24,833 nucleotides of DNA, taken from positions 1 to 24,833 of the forward strand of contig JAYZFK010000009.1 of NCBI GenBank assembly GCA_036336835.1, read 5' to 3'. This DNA comes from Myxococcota bacterium. Its GTDB lineage: Bacteria > Myxococcota_A > UBA9160 > UBA4427. The notes under the pieces were generated by a model. It did no database searches, was not told the DNA's origin, and was given only the letters and a program-made list of their open reading frames with translations. Positions 1 to 10,198 of the stretch are shown here, piece after piece. Position numbers and translations under genes: made by a program. How positions within the stretch are numbered: the first letter of the stretch is position 1; every line of letters starts with the position of its first letter.

Positions 1-8
1 CGGGGGGC

Positions 9-1319
9 TCAGCCCGGGCGGCGCCCCCGCGCCGCGCCCGCGCCCGCCGCCGACCCGTCCGCCCCGAGCATCTCGACCCGCGCCGGCCCGAGCGGCGCCC
101 AGTATGAGCCGCCTCCGTTCGGATTTCCGCGGCTCCAGAACTCGCGGTCGTCCGCTGGGTACAGATCGCGCCGCGCGAAAACTCCATTCGAGGCCACGCC
201 GACCTGGTTCAGGCTCTCGACGAAGACCGGCGTGCCCGGGCTTCCGTCGAGCAGGGCGAACAGCGAAGCCGGCTCGCCGGGTACCGAGACGCCAGCGATC
301 TCGAGCAGGCTCACGAACAACGCCGCAAGACCGACTGGCTGGGCCACGACGCGACCCACTGGCAGATCGGCTCCGGCGACGATCAACGGAACCCGCACCT
401 GGTCGAGACCGATCGAGTGGCCATGTGCAAAGTAGAAGCCATCCTCGCCAAAGGCCTCGCCGTGATCCGCGGTGACGACGACGAGCGCATTGCGCAGCAC
501 GGGGTCGTCTCGGGTGCGGCCAAGCAGCCGGCCGAGCTGGTGATCGAGCCCCGCCAACTCGCAATCGTAGCGATGCCCATACTCGGCGAGTTCGCGCGCA
601 GCATCCCAGACCTGGTAGGTCGGAATCGCCTCGTGGCCAGAGGCGTCGCTCCCGATCGGCAGCGTGAGCCTCGCCCCGGCCGGGTTCTGCCCGACGGGAC
701 ACGTCCAGTCCGGATCGGGCGCGTACGGTCCGTGCGTATCCTGCAGGTGAAGCCAAAGGAAGAATGGAGTCGGTGGCGAAGCCTCTAGCCAGGCCAGCGC
801 GCGATCGACCGCGTGTCGCGCGCGGCGCCCTTTGGCGGCGAAGCGCCCTTCACCGAGCGTCTCGTCGTCGTAGTGCTCGAAACCGCGGTCGAGTCCGAGC
901 CCGCGGCCGAGCAGTGGGTTGCTCACGATCGCCGCCGTGGCATAGCGGGCGTCGCGCAGCTTCTGCGCAAGCGTCGGCCACTCGTCGTCGAGCGCAAACT
1001 GACTGTTGAACGCTCCGACCGAGTGAGAGCTCGGGAGCTGGCCGGTGAAGATGGATGCGTGGGTGGGGGCGGTGGATGACGACGGCGCGAGAGCGTTCTC
1101 GAAACGCACGCCGCGCGCAGCCAGCCGGTCGAGGTTCGGCGAGGTCGGCAGTGGGTAGCCGTAGGACGACAGACGGTCGGCTCGCAGCGTGTCGATCGTG
1201 ACGAGAACGATCGAGGGCGGCGACGCCCCTCCCGCGCTGCACGCCAGCGCCGCGAGAATCGCCCAGGGCGCGGACCGCCCGATTCGACGCCTCTCCTGCC
1301 CCCGCTCGTGCACGCACAC
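9..1319 (-). CDS. Sulfatase-like hydrolase/transferase (alkaline phosphatase superfamily), probable lipoprotein
   Basis: Motifs VTIDTLRAD, TAPTHASIFTG (Thr at the usual Cys/Ser position), HLQDTHGPY, TADHGE and HGH. Basic N-terminus plus WAILAALAC lipobox. The C-terminus lies in very GC-rich sequence at the window edge and may be unreliable. Confidence 0.85.
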   Translation of the reverse strand: MCVHERGQERRRIGRSAPWAILAALACSAGGASPPSIVLVTIDTLRADRLSSYGYPLPTSPNLDRLAARGVRFENALAPSSSTAPTHASIFTGQLPSSHSVGAFNSQFALDDEWPTLAQKLRDARYATAAIVSNPLLGRGLGLDRGFEHYDDETLGEGRFAAKGRRARHAVDRALAWLEASPPTPFFLWLHLQDTHGPYAPDPDWTCPVGQNPAGARLTLPIGSDASGHEAIPTYQVWDAARELAEYGHRYDCELAGLDHQLGRLLGRTRDDPVLRNALVVVTADHGEAFGEDGFYFAHGHSIGLDQVRVPLIVAGADLPVGRVVAQPVGLAALFVSLLEIAGVSVPGEPASLFALLDGSPGTPVFVESLNQVGVASNGVFARRDLYPADDREFWSRGNPNGGGSYWAPLGPARVEMLGADGSAAGAGAARGRRPG

Positions 1320-1432
1320 GGACGAAAACTAGCGCCTTGGCCCCCGGGGTGAACAGGTCGCTACGATCTGTCTCGCTGCAACGGCTCCGACGCTGCATCG
1401 GGGTCGGAGCGAAGCGAGCAAACGGGGCCCAC

Positions 1433-2815
1433 GTGACCGAGCCCGATACTTCCAGGAGCTGGCTCGCTACGTGTGCCGCGCTCGTCCTGCTGGCGGCCGC
1501 GGTCCGTGGCGCGTCGTTCTGGCTGGCTCCGCCGCTCGAGCTGGTGGGAGACGAGCTCTACTACGCCCAGGTGGCGCGCAACCTGGTTCACGGCGAGGGC
1601 CACGTCTTCCACGAAGCCGGTGGCCCCTCGTTGCGCGCTTGGCGACCACCGGGCCAGGCGCTGACCCTCGCCGCGGTACTCGATCGCGAGACGGCATCCG
1701 GGCTCGACACCAGCGTGCACGGCGCCGGACGTCTGGTGGCACTCCAGATCGCGCTCGGGAGCCTGCTCGCGGCTGCCGCGGCGGTGCTCGGAGGCCTGCT
1801 GTTCGATCGCCGCGTGGGCACGCTCGCCGGGTTGCTGGTGGCGACCTACCCCACATTGATCGCCTTCAGCCACTACCTGTGGTCCGAAACGCTGACGGCC
1901 CTGCTGCTGACGGCAGGCCTCGCGGCCGCGGTGCAGTACCGCCTCGCGCCGAGCCCTGCACGAGCCGTCGCCACGGGGCTACTGCTCGGGGCCGCAACGC
2001 TGGTCCGCGAGATCGCACTGGGGGTCGCGCTCGCCTGCGCCTGGTGGTGGTGGCGCGAGGCACCGCCACAGCAGCGGCGACGCTCGTTGGCGCACGCGGG
2101 CTTGATGGCTGCGGTGGCGACGGTATGCGTGGCACCGTGGACCCTGCACAATGTCCGGGCGCTCGATCGATTCGTGCCGCTATCGACCATCGGCTGGTTC
2201 GCGACAGCCGAGGGCAATACCTTCGAGGCAGCCGATTGGCTGCGCAGTACCGGTCCTGCTCACCTCGCCTTCACCCAGCGCTACTTCGGCCTGGGCGACG
2301 AACTCGCGCGAAGCGACCTGGCGCGGCGCCACGCACTCGCGGCGATCGTCGCCGAGCAGCCGCTGTGGACCGCCAAGAAGGCGATCCGAAACGGGGCACT
2401 GCTGCTTTCGCCTGACTCGTATCTGCTATTCAAGCAATCGGTGGGCGCCTACGGCGAGATCTCGCCCACGGTCCGCGGGCTGTCGGTCGCCGCGGTCACC
2501 CTCGGCTGGGCCGTGGTCGCGCTGCTTGGAGCCCTCGGGCTGGCCGTAGCACGCGCGTCCGAGCGGCGCCTGGCGATTGCGGTCCTCGCGGTGCCGCTGC
2601 TGGTCCATCTCATCTCGAACGCAACCTCGCGCTTCCGCATTCCCTGGCTCGGCCTGTGGCTCGTGTTCGCAGCGCTGGGCGCGCGCGAGCTACCGCGCGC
2701 GCGCGAGCGCTGGGAGCACCTGCCACTCGGTGCGCGAGCCGCCCTGGTAGGATTCCTCGCCTTCGTCTTCGGCGTCGCGTTTCCTTACTTCGCGGAGTAC
2801 GGGGGGCGACGATGA
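1433..2815 (+). CDS. ArnT/PMT-like (GT-C fold, family 39/83-like) membrane glycosyltransferase
   Basis: GDELYY acidic loop after TM1, RPPG, LWSETL, 'TLVR' and 'APWTLHN' motifs, many TM helices. GTG start at 1433 chosen over the ORF-track TTG at 1337. Confidence 0.8.
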   Translation: MTEPDTSRSWLATCAALVLLAAAVRGASFWLAPPLELVGDELYYAQVARNLVHGEGHVFHEAGGPSLRAWRPPGQALTLAAVLDRETASGLDTSVHGAGRLVALQIALGSLLAAAAAVLGGLLFDRRVGTLAGLLVATYPTLIAFSHYLWSETLTALLLTAGLAAAVQYRLAPSPARAVATGLLLGAATLVREIALGVALACAWWWWREAPPQQRRRSLAHAGLMAAVATVCVAPWTLHNVRALDRFVPLSTIGWFATAEGNTFEAADWLRSTGPAHLAFTQRYFGLGDELARSDLARRHALAAIVAEQPLWTAKKAIRNGALLLSPDSYLLFKQSVGAYGEISPTVRGLSVAAVTLGWAVVALLGALGLAVARASERRLAIAVLAVPLLVHLISNATSRFRIPWLGLWLVFAALGARELPRARERWEHLPLGARAALVGFLAFVFGVAFPYFAEYGGRR

Positions 2816-4530
2816 ACGGCCTGCTCGCGAGAGTGGTGCGCGCTCTCGAGCACCCGTTGGTCGTGGGGCTGGTGTTGATCGCGCTCGCAGCGCCCGCAGC
2901 CCTATCGGTGCTGGCCCCGGTCGAAAACGGCGATATCGCCTGGCACCTGGCGCTCGGGCGCTGGATCGCGCAGCACGGGTCGATTCCGTTCGCCGACCCG
3001 TTCAGCTACACCGCCGCCGGCGCGCCGATGGTGGCGCACGAGTGGCTTGCCCAGCTGCTCTACTGGCAGTGGACCACACTCGTCGGCCTCGACGGCCTGC
3101 GAGCCCTACACGTGGCGTTCGCCGGGGCGACGCTCGGGCTGGCCTTCCTCTCGTTCCGAGCCGCTGGGGCACCACCCTCGCTGGCGCTCCTCGCAACCGC
3201 CGCCTTCAGCTTGTTCGCGGCCCCTCGCTTCCAGGTGCGGCCCCATGTGTTGAACCCGATCTTCGGGATCACTCTGTTCACGCTGCTCTTCCGCTCACGC
3301 GCAATGCTGCGGCCCGCCGGCATCGCACTGGGCGCCGCAATGGTCGGCCTGTGGGCGAACCTGCACTCGGCGGCTGTTCTGCTGCCCAGTCTGCTCTGGG
3401 TCTGGGTTGGGATCGACTTCGTCCAACGACGTGTCGCCCCGCGCCCGCCCTGGCCGGACGATCCCGCCGGCGGCAGCCCTCGCCGGGGGCTCGCCGTCGC
3501 CGCGGCCTGTAGCCTGGCACTGCTCGCCACCCCGAACCACGTGCGCCTGTTTCCCTATCTGATCGATTCGAACCGGGTCAACGCGGACATGAGCACCGAG
3601 TGGCTGTCGCTGCCGCGCATCGCGAGCACCGGCGAGCACACGGGCCTGTTCGTCGTATGGGCATGCCTGCTCGCGGCGACCGGCCTCACCACCGCCCTCG
3701 TGCTGCGCGAGCGGCGCAGCTGGGCGATGCCAGCGCTGGCACTGGCCGGGGCACTGGCCCCGCTCCAGAGCATCCGCTTCCTCTGGCTGGGCTTCATCCC
3801 GCTCGGCTTCGTGGCCGGCGAGGTGGCGCGCTGGCTCGGGCGCCTGGCTCCCGCCAGACGCGATGCAGTACTCGCACTCTGTGCGCTCGCCGCCGTCGGC
3901 CTCGCGTTGACCGCCCACCGGCCGCTGATCGTACGGACTCCCTTCTTCAACCCCGGCGCTTTCCCACTCCGCAGCGTGCAGCTCCTGCGCGAGGTTCCGC
4001 TCGAGGGCCGCGGCTTCGCGCGAGCGGAGTGGGGAGGCTTCATCACGCTGATGCTCGACGAGCAGGTACCGATCTTCGCCGACGGCCGCTGGGTCACGCT
4101 CGGCCGAAAGATCGTCCGCCAGGCGCACGTAATCGCCACCGGGCGTCCGCGAGCGCTCGTCCTGCTCGACCAGTGGAACATCGACTGGGTCATCGTCGAA
4201 CGCGGCTGGCTCGACACCGACCACCAGCGCGGACGCCGCAGTCGAGGCTGGATGCGGACCTTCGCCGGCTACAACAGCGCGATCTGGGTGCGGCGAGGTG
4301 AACGGGGCCTCGCCAGCCGGAACGCCTTCGCCACCTACTACGCAGGGCTCGGCATTCCGTTCGATCTCGAACGCGGCTTCTTGCCCCGAGCAGCCGAGCG
4401 CGCGAACCCCGAGTGGGCCCGAGGGCACGGCGTTGGAGACCGCTACATCCGCCATTTCCTGCCGGGCGGAAGGCGCTCGGAGCGGGGTGTCGAGGTCTCG
4501 CTCAGCGCAGGTCGGCCAGAGAGTCGATGA
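2812..4530 (+). CDS. Polytopic membrane protein with DxxWH...DPFS...HEWL motif (putative GT-C-like glycosyltransferase)
   Basis: ATG overlaps the upstream stop (ATGA). Motifs DIAWHLALGRWI, DPFSYT, HEWL, RPH, WANLH and WGG...FADGR, with roughly 10 or more hydrophobic segments. Confidence 0.75.
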   Translation: MNGLLARVVRALEHPLVVGLVLIALAAPAALSVLAPVENGDIAWHLALGRWIAQHGSIPFADPFSYTAAGAPMVAHEWLAQLLYWQWTTLVGLDGLRALHVAFAGATLGLAFLSFRAAGAPPSLALLATAAFSLFAAPRFQVRPHVLNPIFGITLFTLLFRSRAMLRPAGIALGAAMVGLWANLHSAAVLLPSLLWVWVGIDFVQRRVAPRPPWPDDPAGGSPRRGLAVAAACSLALLATPNHVRLFPYLIDSNRVNADMSTEWLSLPRIASTGEHTGLFVVWACLLAATGLTTALVLRERRSWAMPALALAGALAPLQSIRFLWLGFIPLGFVAGEVARWLGRLAPARRDAVLALCALAAVGLALTAHRPLIVRTPFFNPGAFPLRSVQLLREVPLEGRGFARAEWGGFITLMLDEQVPIFADGRWVTLGRKIVRQAHVIATGRPRALVLLDQWNIDWVIVERGWLDTDHQRGRRSRGWMRTFAGYNSAIWVRRGERGLASRNAFATYYAGLGIPFDLERGFLPRAAERANPEWARGHGVGDRYIRHFLPGGRRSERGVEVSLSAGRPESR

Positions 4531-4544
4531 GGTAGCTTCGGACC

Positions 4545-5012
4545 ATGGCACGCCTCTCCTACATCGGCCTGGCGCTCGCGGCCGGACCCAATCGCACGGC
4601 CACCGCCGCGACCCTCGCGATCGGCGTCGTCGTCCTGGCGCTCGGCCGGATCCCGCTCGCTCCCGGAAGCGAGCTCGACCTGTCCAGCCACCAGCAGATC
4701 GACGGCTGGACTCAGGCGAGCCTGTTCGGCTTCGGCCCCGCGACCGAACGCGGTCGCTCGATCGACGCGGCACCCGCTCGAATCGTCTGGAACCGCCCGC
4801 TGCCCCGTCGCTTCAGCCTGGCGCTCGACGTGACCGCCGACACTGCACGTGCGCGCATGGCTGTGTCGCTGGGCAACCAGCGCGAGCTGATCACCGTGTC
4901 GCAGGGCCCTTCGCACCTCGTGCTCGACAACCCACTCGGACTGCGTGAGCTCGGCCTGGCCAGCATCCCGCCGAGTGCGCAGCTACACCTGCGACGCGCC
5001 GCGGTCCGCTAG
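4545..5012 (+). CDS. Small membrane-anchored/secreted protein resembling the C-terminal beta-domain of phosphoglycerol transferase OpgB/MdoB (DUF7024-like)
   Basis: N-terminal hydrophobic stretch. ARIVWNRPLPRRFSLALDV...VSLGNQRELITV...LVLDNP recalls the OpgB C-terminal pattern (similarity judged from memory, no search run). Confidence 0.6.
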   Translation: MARLSYIGLALAAGPNRTATAATLAIGVVVLALGRIPLAPGSELDLSSHQQIDGWTQASLFGFGPATERGRSIDAAPARIVWNRPLPRRFSLALDVTADTARARMAVSLGNQRELITVSQGPSHLVLDNPLGLRELGLASIPPSAQLHLRRAAVR

Positions 5013-5019
5013 GCACGCC

Positions 5020-6015
5020 GTGGAGCCCTCGCAAGTTGCGCCCGGCCGCTTCTTCGCAGGCCTGCTGGTCGCCACGGCCGTTCCGGTGTGCGCCTACGCC
5101 CTGTCCGAAGTCGTACTACCCCATCACAGCGTCGTCGCCCGGACCAGCCTGTGGGTCACCTTCCTGGGCTCGAGCGGTCACGTCGCAGCGAGCTTCTTCT
5201 TCTACACCGACCGGCGTGGGCGCGCGCACATGCTCGCCAACAGCCGCGGCCGCGTCGTGTGGGCACCGCTCGTCGTGATCGCGACGACGAGCGCCTTCTT
5301 CGCCGCGGCCGGCTCGTGGCTGCCCTACGGCATCACGCTCTACTGGATCTGGCAGACCCATCACTACACGCGCCAGAACCACGGCATTCTGTCCTTCGTC
5401 GCACGTGCCTACGGCGCGCCCCCTGGCGAGCTCGAGCGGACGGCGCTCACGCTGAGCGGCGTCGGCGGCGTGATCGGCGCACTGACCTTTGTCGCGCCGT
5501 ACCGAGAGACGTTCCTCGCGGATTTCGGCTGGCACCTGCACCACATCGCACTCGGCGCGTATGCAGCGGGCTGGCTCCTCTATCTCGCGGCCTGCTTCCG
5601 TGATCGCGAAGCCCGCCTCGCGGCGCATCCACTGCGCACGGTCGTGTCGACCGTACTGATGCTCTTCTACCTGCCGCTATTCCTGTTCCGCGACCCGATG
5701 CTCGCCGTCGGAAGCTATGCGATGGCCCACGGCCTCCAGTACCTGATCTTCATGGGCTACGTCGCCGCCGTGCCACGCGCCGACCTGCTCCGCCGCGCCC
5801 TGACTCTCATCGCCTGCATCGTGCTGCTCGGCATGGGCCTCGACTTCCTGCAGGCGGCAAAGCCCTTCGGCGACTACCGGATGGCCGTGTACGGCGCCTA
5901 CCTGGGCCTGGTGATGTGGCACTTCCTGCTGGATGCCGGCGTATGGCGACTGAGCGAATCCTTCCAGCGCGGCTACATGGCCGAGCGCTTCTCGTTCCTC
6001 GCGCCGGGCAGCTGA
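5020..6015 (+). CDS. Hypothetical polytopic membrane protein with His motifs
   Basis: About 8 hydrophobic segments. GH, WQTHHYTRQNHG, AHGLQY and WHFLLDAGVWR motifs. GTG start 7 nt after the previous stop. Confidence 0.8.
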   Translation: MEPSQVAPGRFFAGLLVATAVPVCAYALSEVVLPHHSVVARTSLWVTFLGSSGHVAASFFFYTDRRGRAHMLANSRGRVVWAPLVVIATTSAFFAAAGSWLPYGITLYWIWQTHHYTRQNHGILSFVARAYGAPPGELERTALTLSGVGGVIGALTFVAPYRETFLADFGWHLHHIALGAYAAGWLLYLAACFRDREARLAAHPLRTVVSTVLMLFYLPLFLFRDPMLAVGSYAMAHGLQYLIFMGYVAAVPRADLLRRALTLIACIVLLGMGLDFLQAAKPFGDYRMAVYGAYLGLVMWHFLLDAGVWRLSESFQRGYMAERFSFLAPGS

Positions 6016-6405
6016 ACCGGCCGGCGATCCGTCCGTAGCAAGCGGCTGCTCGGGCCCCGAGCCGGCATCCTGTCGGGAGGTCCGTCACCTCACCGGCCAG
6101 GACCGTGGGCAAGTACCTACACCGGATCTGTCTCCCGTCCGCGGCGGCCTGGTGCCCCGTACCAGGGGCTCGCTTGGCCGAATCCTCGGCCGTCTCGCCG
6201 AATCGCTAGACCCCGCCGCCGACTCGACCGTCCCCTGCCGCAGAGTTGCCGGCGCTACCGCTCCGCTCGGCCCGACCGCAGCCTTGTCGGCGGCGCCAGA
6301 CCGGCCGTGGCCGGCGCTCGTGCACGCATTCTTCATCAGTTCTCGAAATTTGGCTTGGGTCCGCGAGTCGGTTGCCGATTCATGGGTGGGGAGACGTATG
6401 GGCTT

Positions 6406-7800
6406 ATGTTGAACGGTGCACGATGCGAGCCGGAAACGCGAAAGAGCAGCCAGCGAGCCGTCCCTAGCTTGCTCGCGGGATGCCTTGTGGTAGCGATCGT
6501 CGGCGTCCTGATTCCCGCGCGGGCGTCGCTGGCGTCGGTGCCGGAAGAGACAGCGCTGATGGTGTCGGACGGCGCCGCAGACGACCTCTTTGGTCTCGCG
6601 GTCGCAATCGACGGCGACACGACCCTCGTCGGGGGTGTCGGCGCCGACGGCAACTCGGTCGACTGCGGGGCGGCCTACGTCTTCCGCTACGACGGAACCG
6701 CCTGGATCGAGGGGCCTAAGCTGATCGCCTCGGACGGCGCGGTGGGTGACTACTTCGGCATCTCCGTTGCGGTCGACGGCGACACGGCCCTGGTCGGTGC
6801 CGGGCGGCACGACGGCATCGGGACCGACTCCGGGGCGGCCTACGTGTTCCGCTACGACGGAACCGCCTGGGTCGAGGAGGCGAAGCTCACCTCCTCGGAT
6901 AGCGCAGGCGACGACTACTTCGGCTACTGGGTCGCGATCGACGGCGACACGGCCCTGGTCGGCGCCGTTGGAAGCAACGGCAACGTGATCGACTCCGGAG
7001 CGGCCTACGTCTTCCGCTACGACGGGCTTGGCTGGGCCCAGGAGGCGAAGTTGACCGCCTTCGACGGCACGGACGGCGACTTCTTCGGCCGCTCGGTCGC
7101 CCTCAACGGCGATACGGCTGTCATCGGAGCCGGGCGCGACGACGACAAGGGCACCAACTCCGGGGCCGCCTACGTCTTCCGCAACAACGGGACGACCTGG
7201 GTCCCGACGACGAAGCTCACCGCTTCGGACGGTGCCGACTTCGACGCCTTCGGCATGTCGGTCGCGATCGAGGCCGACACGGTGGTGATCGGGGCCTTCG
7301 GCGACGACGACATGGGCGGCGGCTCCGGCTCGGCCTACGTCTTCCGGTACGACGGAACGACCTGGGTCGAGGAAAAGAAGCTCCTGGCCTTCGACGGCAC
7401 CGAATTCGACAACTTTGGCATGTCGGTCGCCATCGCCGGTGATACGGTCGCGGTCGGGGCGATCGGTGACGACGACAACGCGCTCGATTCGGGATCGGCC
7501 TACGTCTTCCACTACAGCGGGACGCACTGGGTCGCGGGTGAGAAACTCGCAGCGTCCGACGCCGCGACGGACGACGCGCTCGGCGTCTCGGTCGCAATCA
7601 CCAACGCCACGCTGGGCGACATGGCAGTGGTCGGCGCCTGGCAGGACGACAGCAACGGCATCAACGCGGGGGCGGCCCTCGTGTTCATGGCACCCGCAGT
7701 GCCCGCGCTGCCCAGCATCAGCATCGCTCTGCTCGCACTCGGACTCTTGTGCACCGGAGTCCTGGTACTTCGGCGAGGCTTCGCCTCCCAGGCTTCCTAG
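6406..7800 (+). CDS. FG-GAP repeat (7 x ~55 aa, beta-propeller) surface protein with IPTL-CTERM-like C-terminal sorting segment
   Basis: Seven repeats of KLxAxDG..DxFGxSVAIDGDTxxVGA..DD....SGAAYVF, a signal-peptide-like segment ending ASLA, and C-terminal VPALPS-TM-LRR. Start uncertain (6382/6406/6459). Confidence 0.88.
   Translation: MLNGARCEPETRKSSQRAVPSLLAGCLVVAIVGVLIPARASLASVPEETALMVSDGAADDLFGLAVAIDGDTTLVGGVGADGNSVDCGAAYVFRYDGTAWIEGPKLIASDGAVGDYFGISVAVDGDTALVGAGRHDGIGTDSGAAYVFRYDGTAWVEEAKLTSSDSAGDDYFGYWVAIDGDTALVGAVGSNGNVIDSGAAYVFRYDGLGWAQEAKLTAFDGTDGDFFGRSVALNGDTAVIGAGRDDDKGTNSGAAYVFRNNGTTWVPTTKLTASDGADFDAFGMSVAIEADTVVIGAFGDDDMGGGSGSAYVFRYDGTTWVEEKKLLAFDGTEFDNFGMSVAIAGDTVAVGAIGDDDNALDSGSAYVFHYSGTHWVAGEKLAASDAATDDALGVSVAITNATLGDMAVVGAWQDDSNGINAGAALVFMAPAVPALPSISIALLALGLLCTGVLVLRRGFASQAS
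6555..7686 (+). repeat. 165-bp intragenic repeat units encoding the FG-GAP blades
   Basis: cggcctacgtcttccgctac-like blocks recur at 6671, 6836, 7001, 7166, 7331 and 7496, an exact 165-nt period. Confidence 0.85.
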
Positions 7801-8059
7801 GTCCGCTCGGTCGCATCCTCGCCTCCACGAGACGCGAGACGATCTCGTGCTGGCTGGTCCGGAACCTTTGCCGCCGCGGCCGTGCTCGATGCGAACCTGA
7901 TCTCACCCAGACCAGCGTCCTGCTCCGTTAGCTCGCAACCGGCCTCGCTCGCGCGATCGGATCGGCCGAGTCGGTCGAATCGGCACAACAGCGAAAATCC
8001 GGCCTCTACGATCGAGTTCGCGTGCCAACCCGAGTTGCTAGGTCCGAGAAGAGGAGGAC

Positions 8060-8136
8060 TGGTGACCCAGGCAGGATTCGAACCTGCGACTTCCAGCTTC
8101 GGAGGCTGGCGCTCTATCCAACTGAGCTACTGGGCC
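8060..8136 (-). tRNA. tRNA-Arg(CCG)
   Basis: Reverse complement GGCCCAGTAGCTCAGTTGGATAGAGCGCCAGCCT-CCG-AAGCTGG...GGTTCGAATCC...CTGGGTCACCA forms a cloverleaf with encoded CCA, 77 nt. Confidence 0.97.
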
Positions 8137-8138
8137 CC

Positions 8139-8215
8139 TGGTGGGACGTAGAGGATTCGAACCTCCGACCTCCGCGGTGTGAACACGGCGCTCTAACCAA
8201 CTGAGCTAACGTCCC
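8139..8215 (-). tRNA. tRNA-Val(CAC)
   Basis: Reverse complement GGGACGTTAGCTCAGTTGGTTAGAGCGCCGTGTT-CAC-ACCGCGG...GGTTCGAATCC..ACGTCCCACCA, 77 nt, with only a 2-nt spacer to tRNA-Arg. Confidence 0.97.
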
Positions 8216-8226
8216 ACGAACCCGGG

Positions 8227-8255
8227 TTTCTAGGCGAAAACGCTCGTGCGATCAA
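8227..8255 (-). promoter_or_regulatory. Putative sigma70 promoter of the tRNA-Val/tRNA-Arg pair
   Basis: TTGATC-N17-TAGAAA followed by GC-rich CCCGGG, 11 nt upstream of tRNA-Val. Confidence 0.6.
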
Positions 8256-8285
8256 GCGCTCGCATACCCGGAACCATGTCTGCGC

Positions 8286-10146
<1,861 letters not shown>

Positions 10147-10149
10147 CGG

Positions 10150-10179
10150 TGTATAGCCCGGGCTTCCGAGCAGCGTCAA
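10150..10179 (-). promoter_or_regulatory. Putative sigma70 promoter upstream of the pyrG leader
   Basis: TTGACG-N18-TATACA on the minus strand. Confidence 0.5.
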
Positions 10180-10198
10180 ACCGGGTAACGCCGTTCCA

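Noticed and set aside
3565..3574. gattcgaacc matching the tRNA T-loop (possible att site)
   Set aside because: Only 10 bp, inside an intact CDS, and it does not extend to the tRNA 3' end.
6066..6209. Peptide SPARTVGKYLHRI resembling a LuxR-type HTH remnant
   Set aside because: Too short, with no start or flanking similarity, so it cannot be distinguished from chance.
6671..7520. DGR template/variable repeat pair or CRISPR within the 165-bp repeats
   Set aside because: Differences are not adenine-specific, no reverse transcriptase is present, and these are ordinary protein repeats.
6085..7527. 480-aa minus-strand ORF with repeats
   Set aside because: Antisense shadow of the FG-GAP gene. High-GC codon bias removes stops on the opposite strand.
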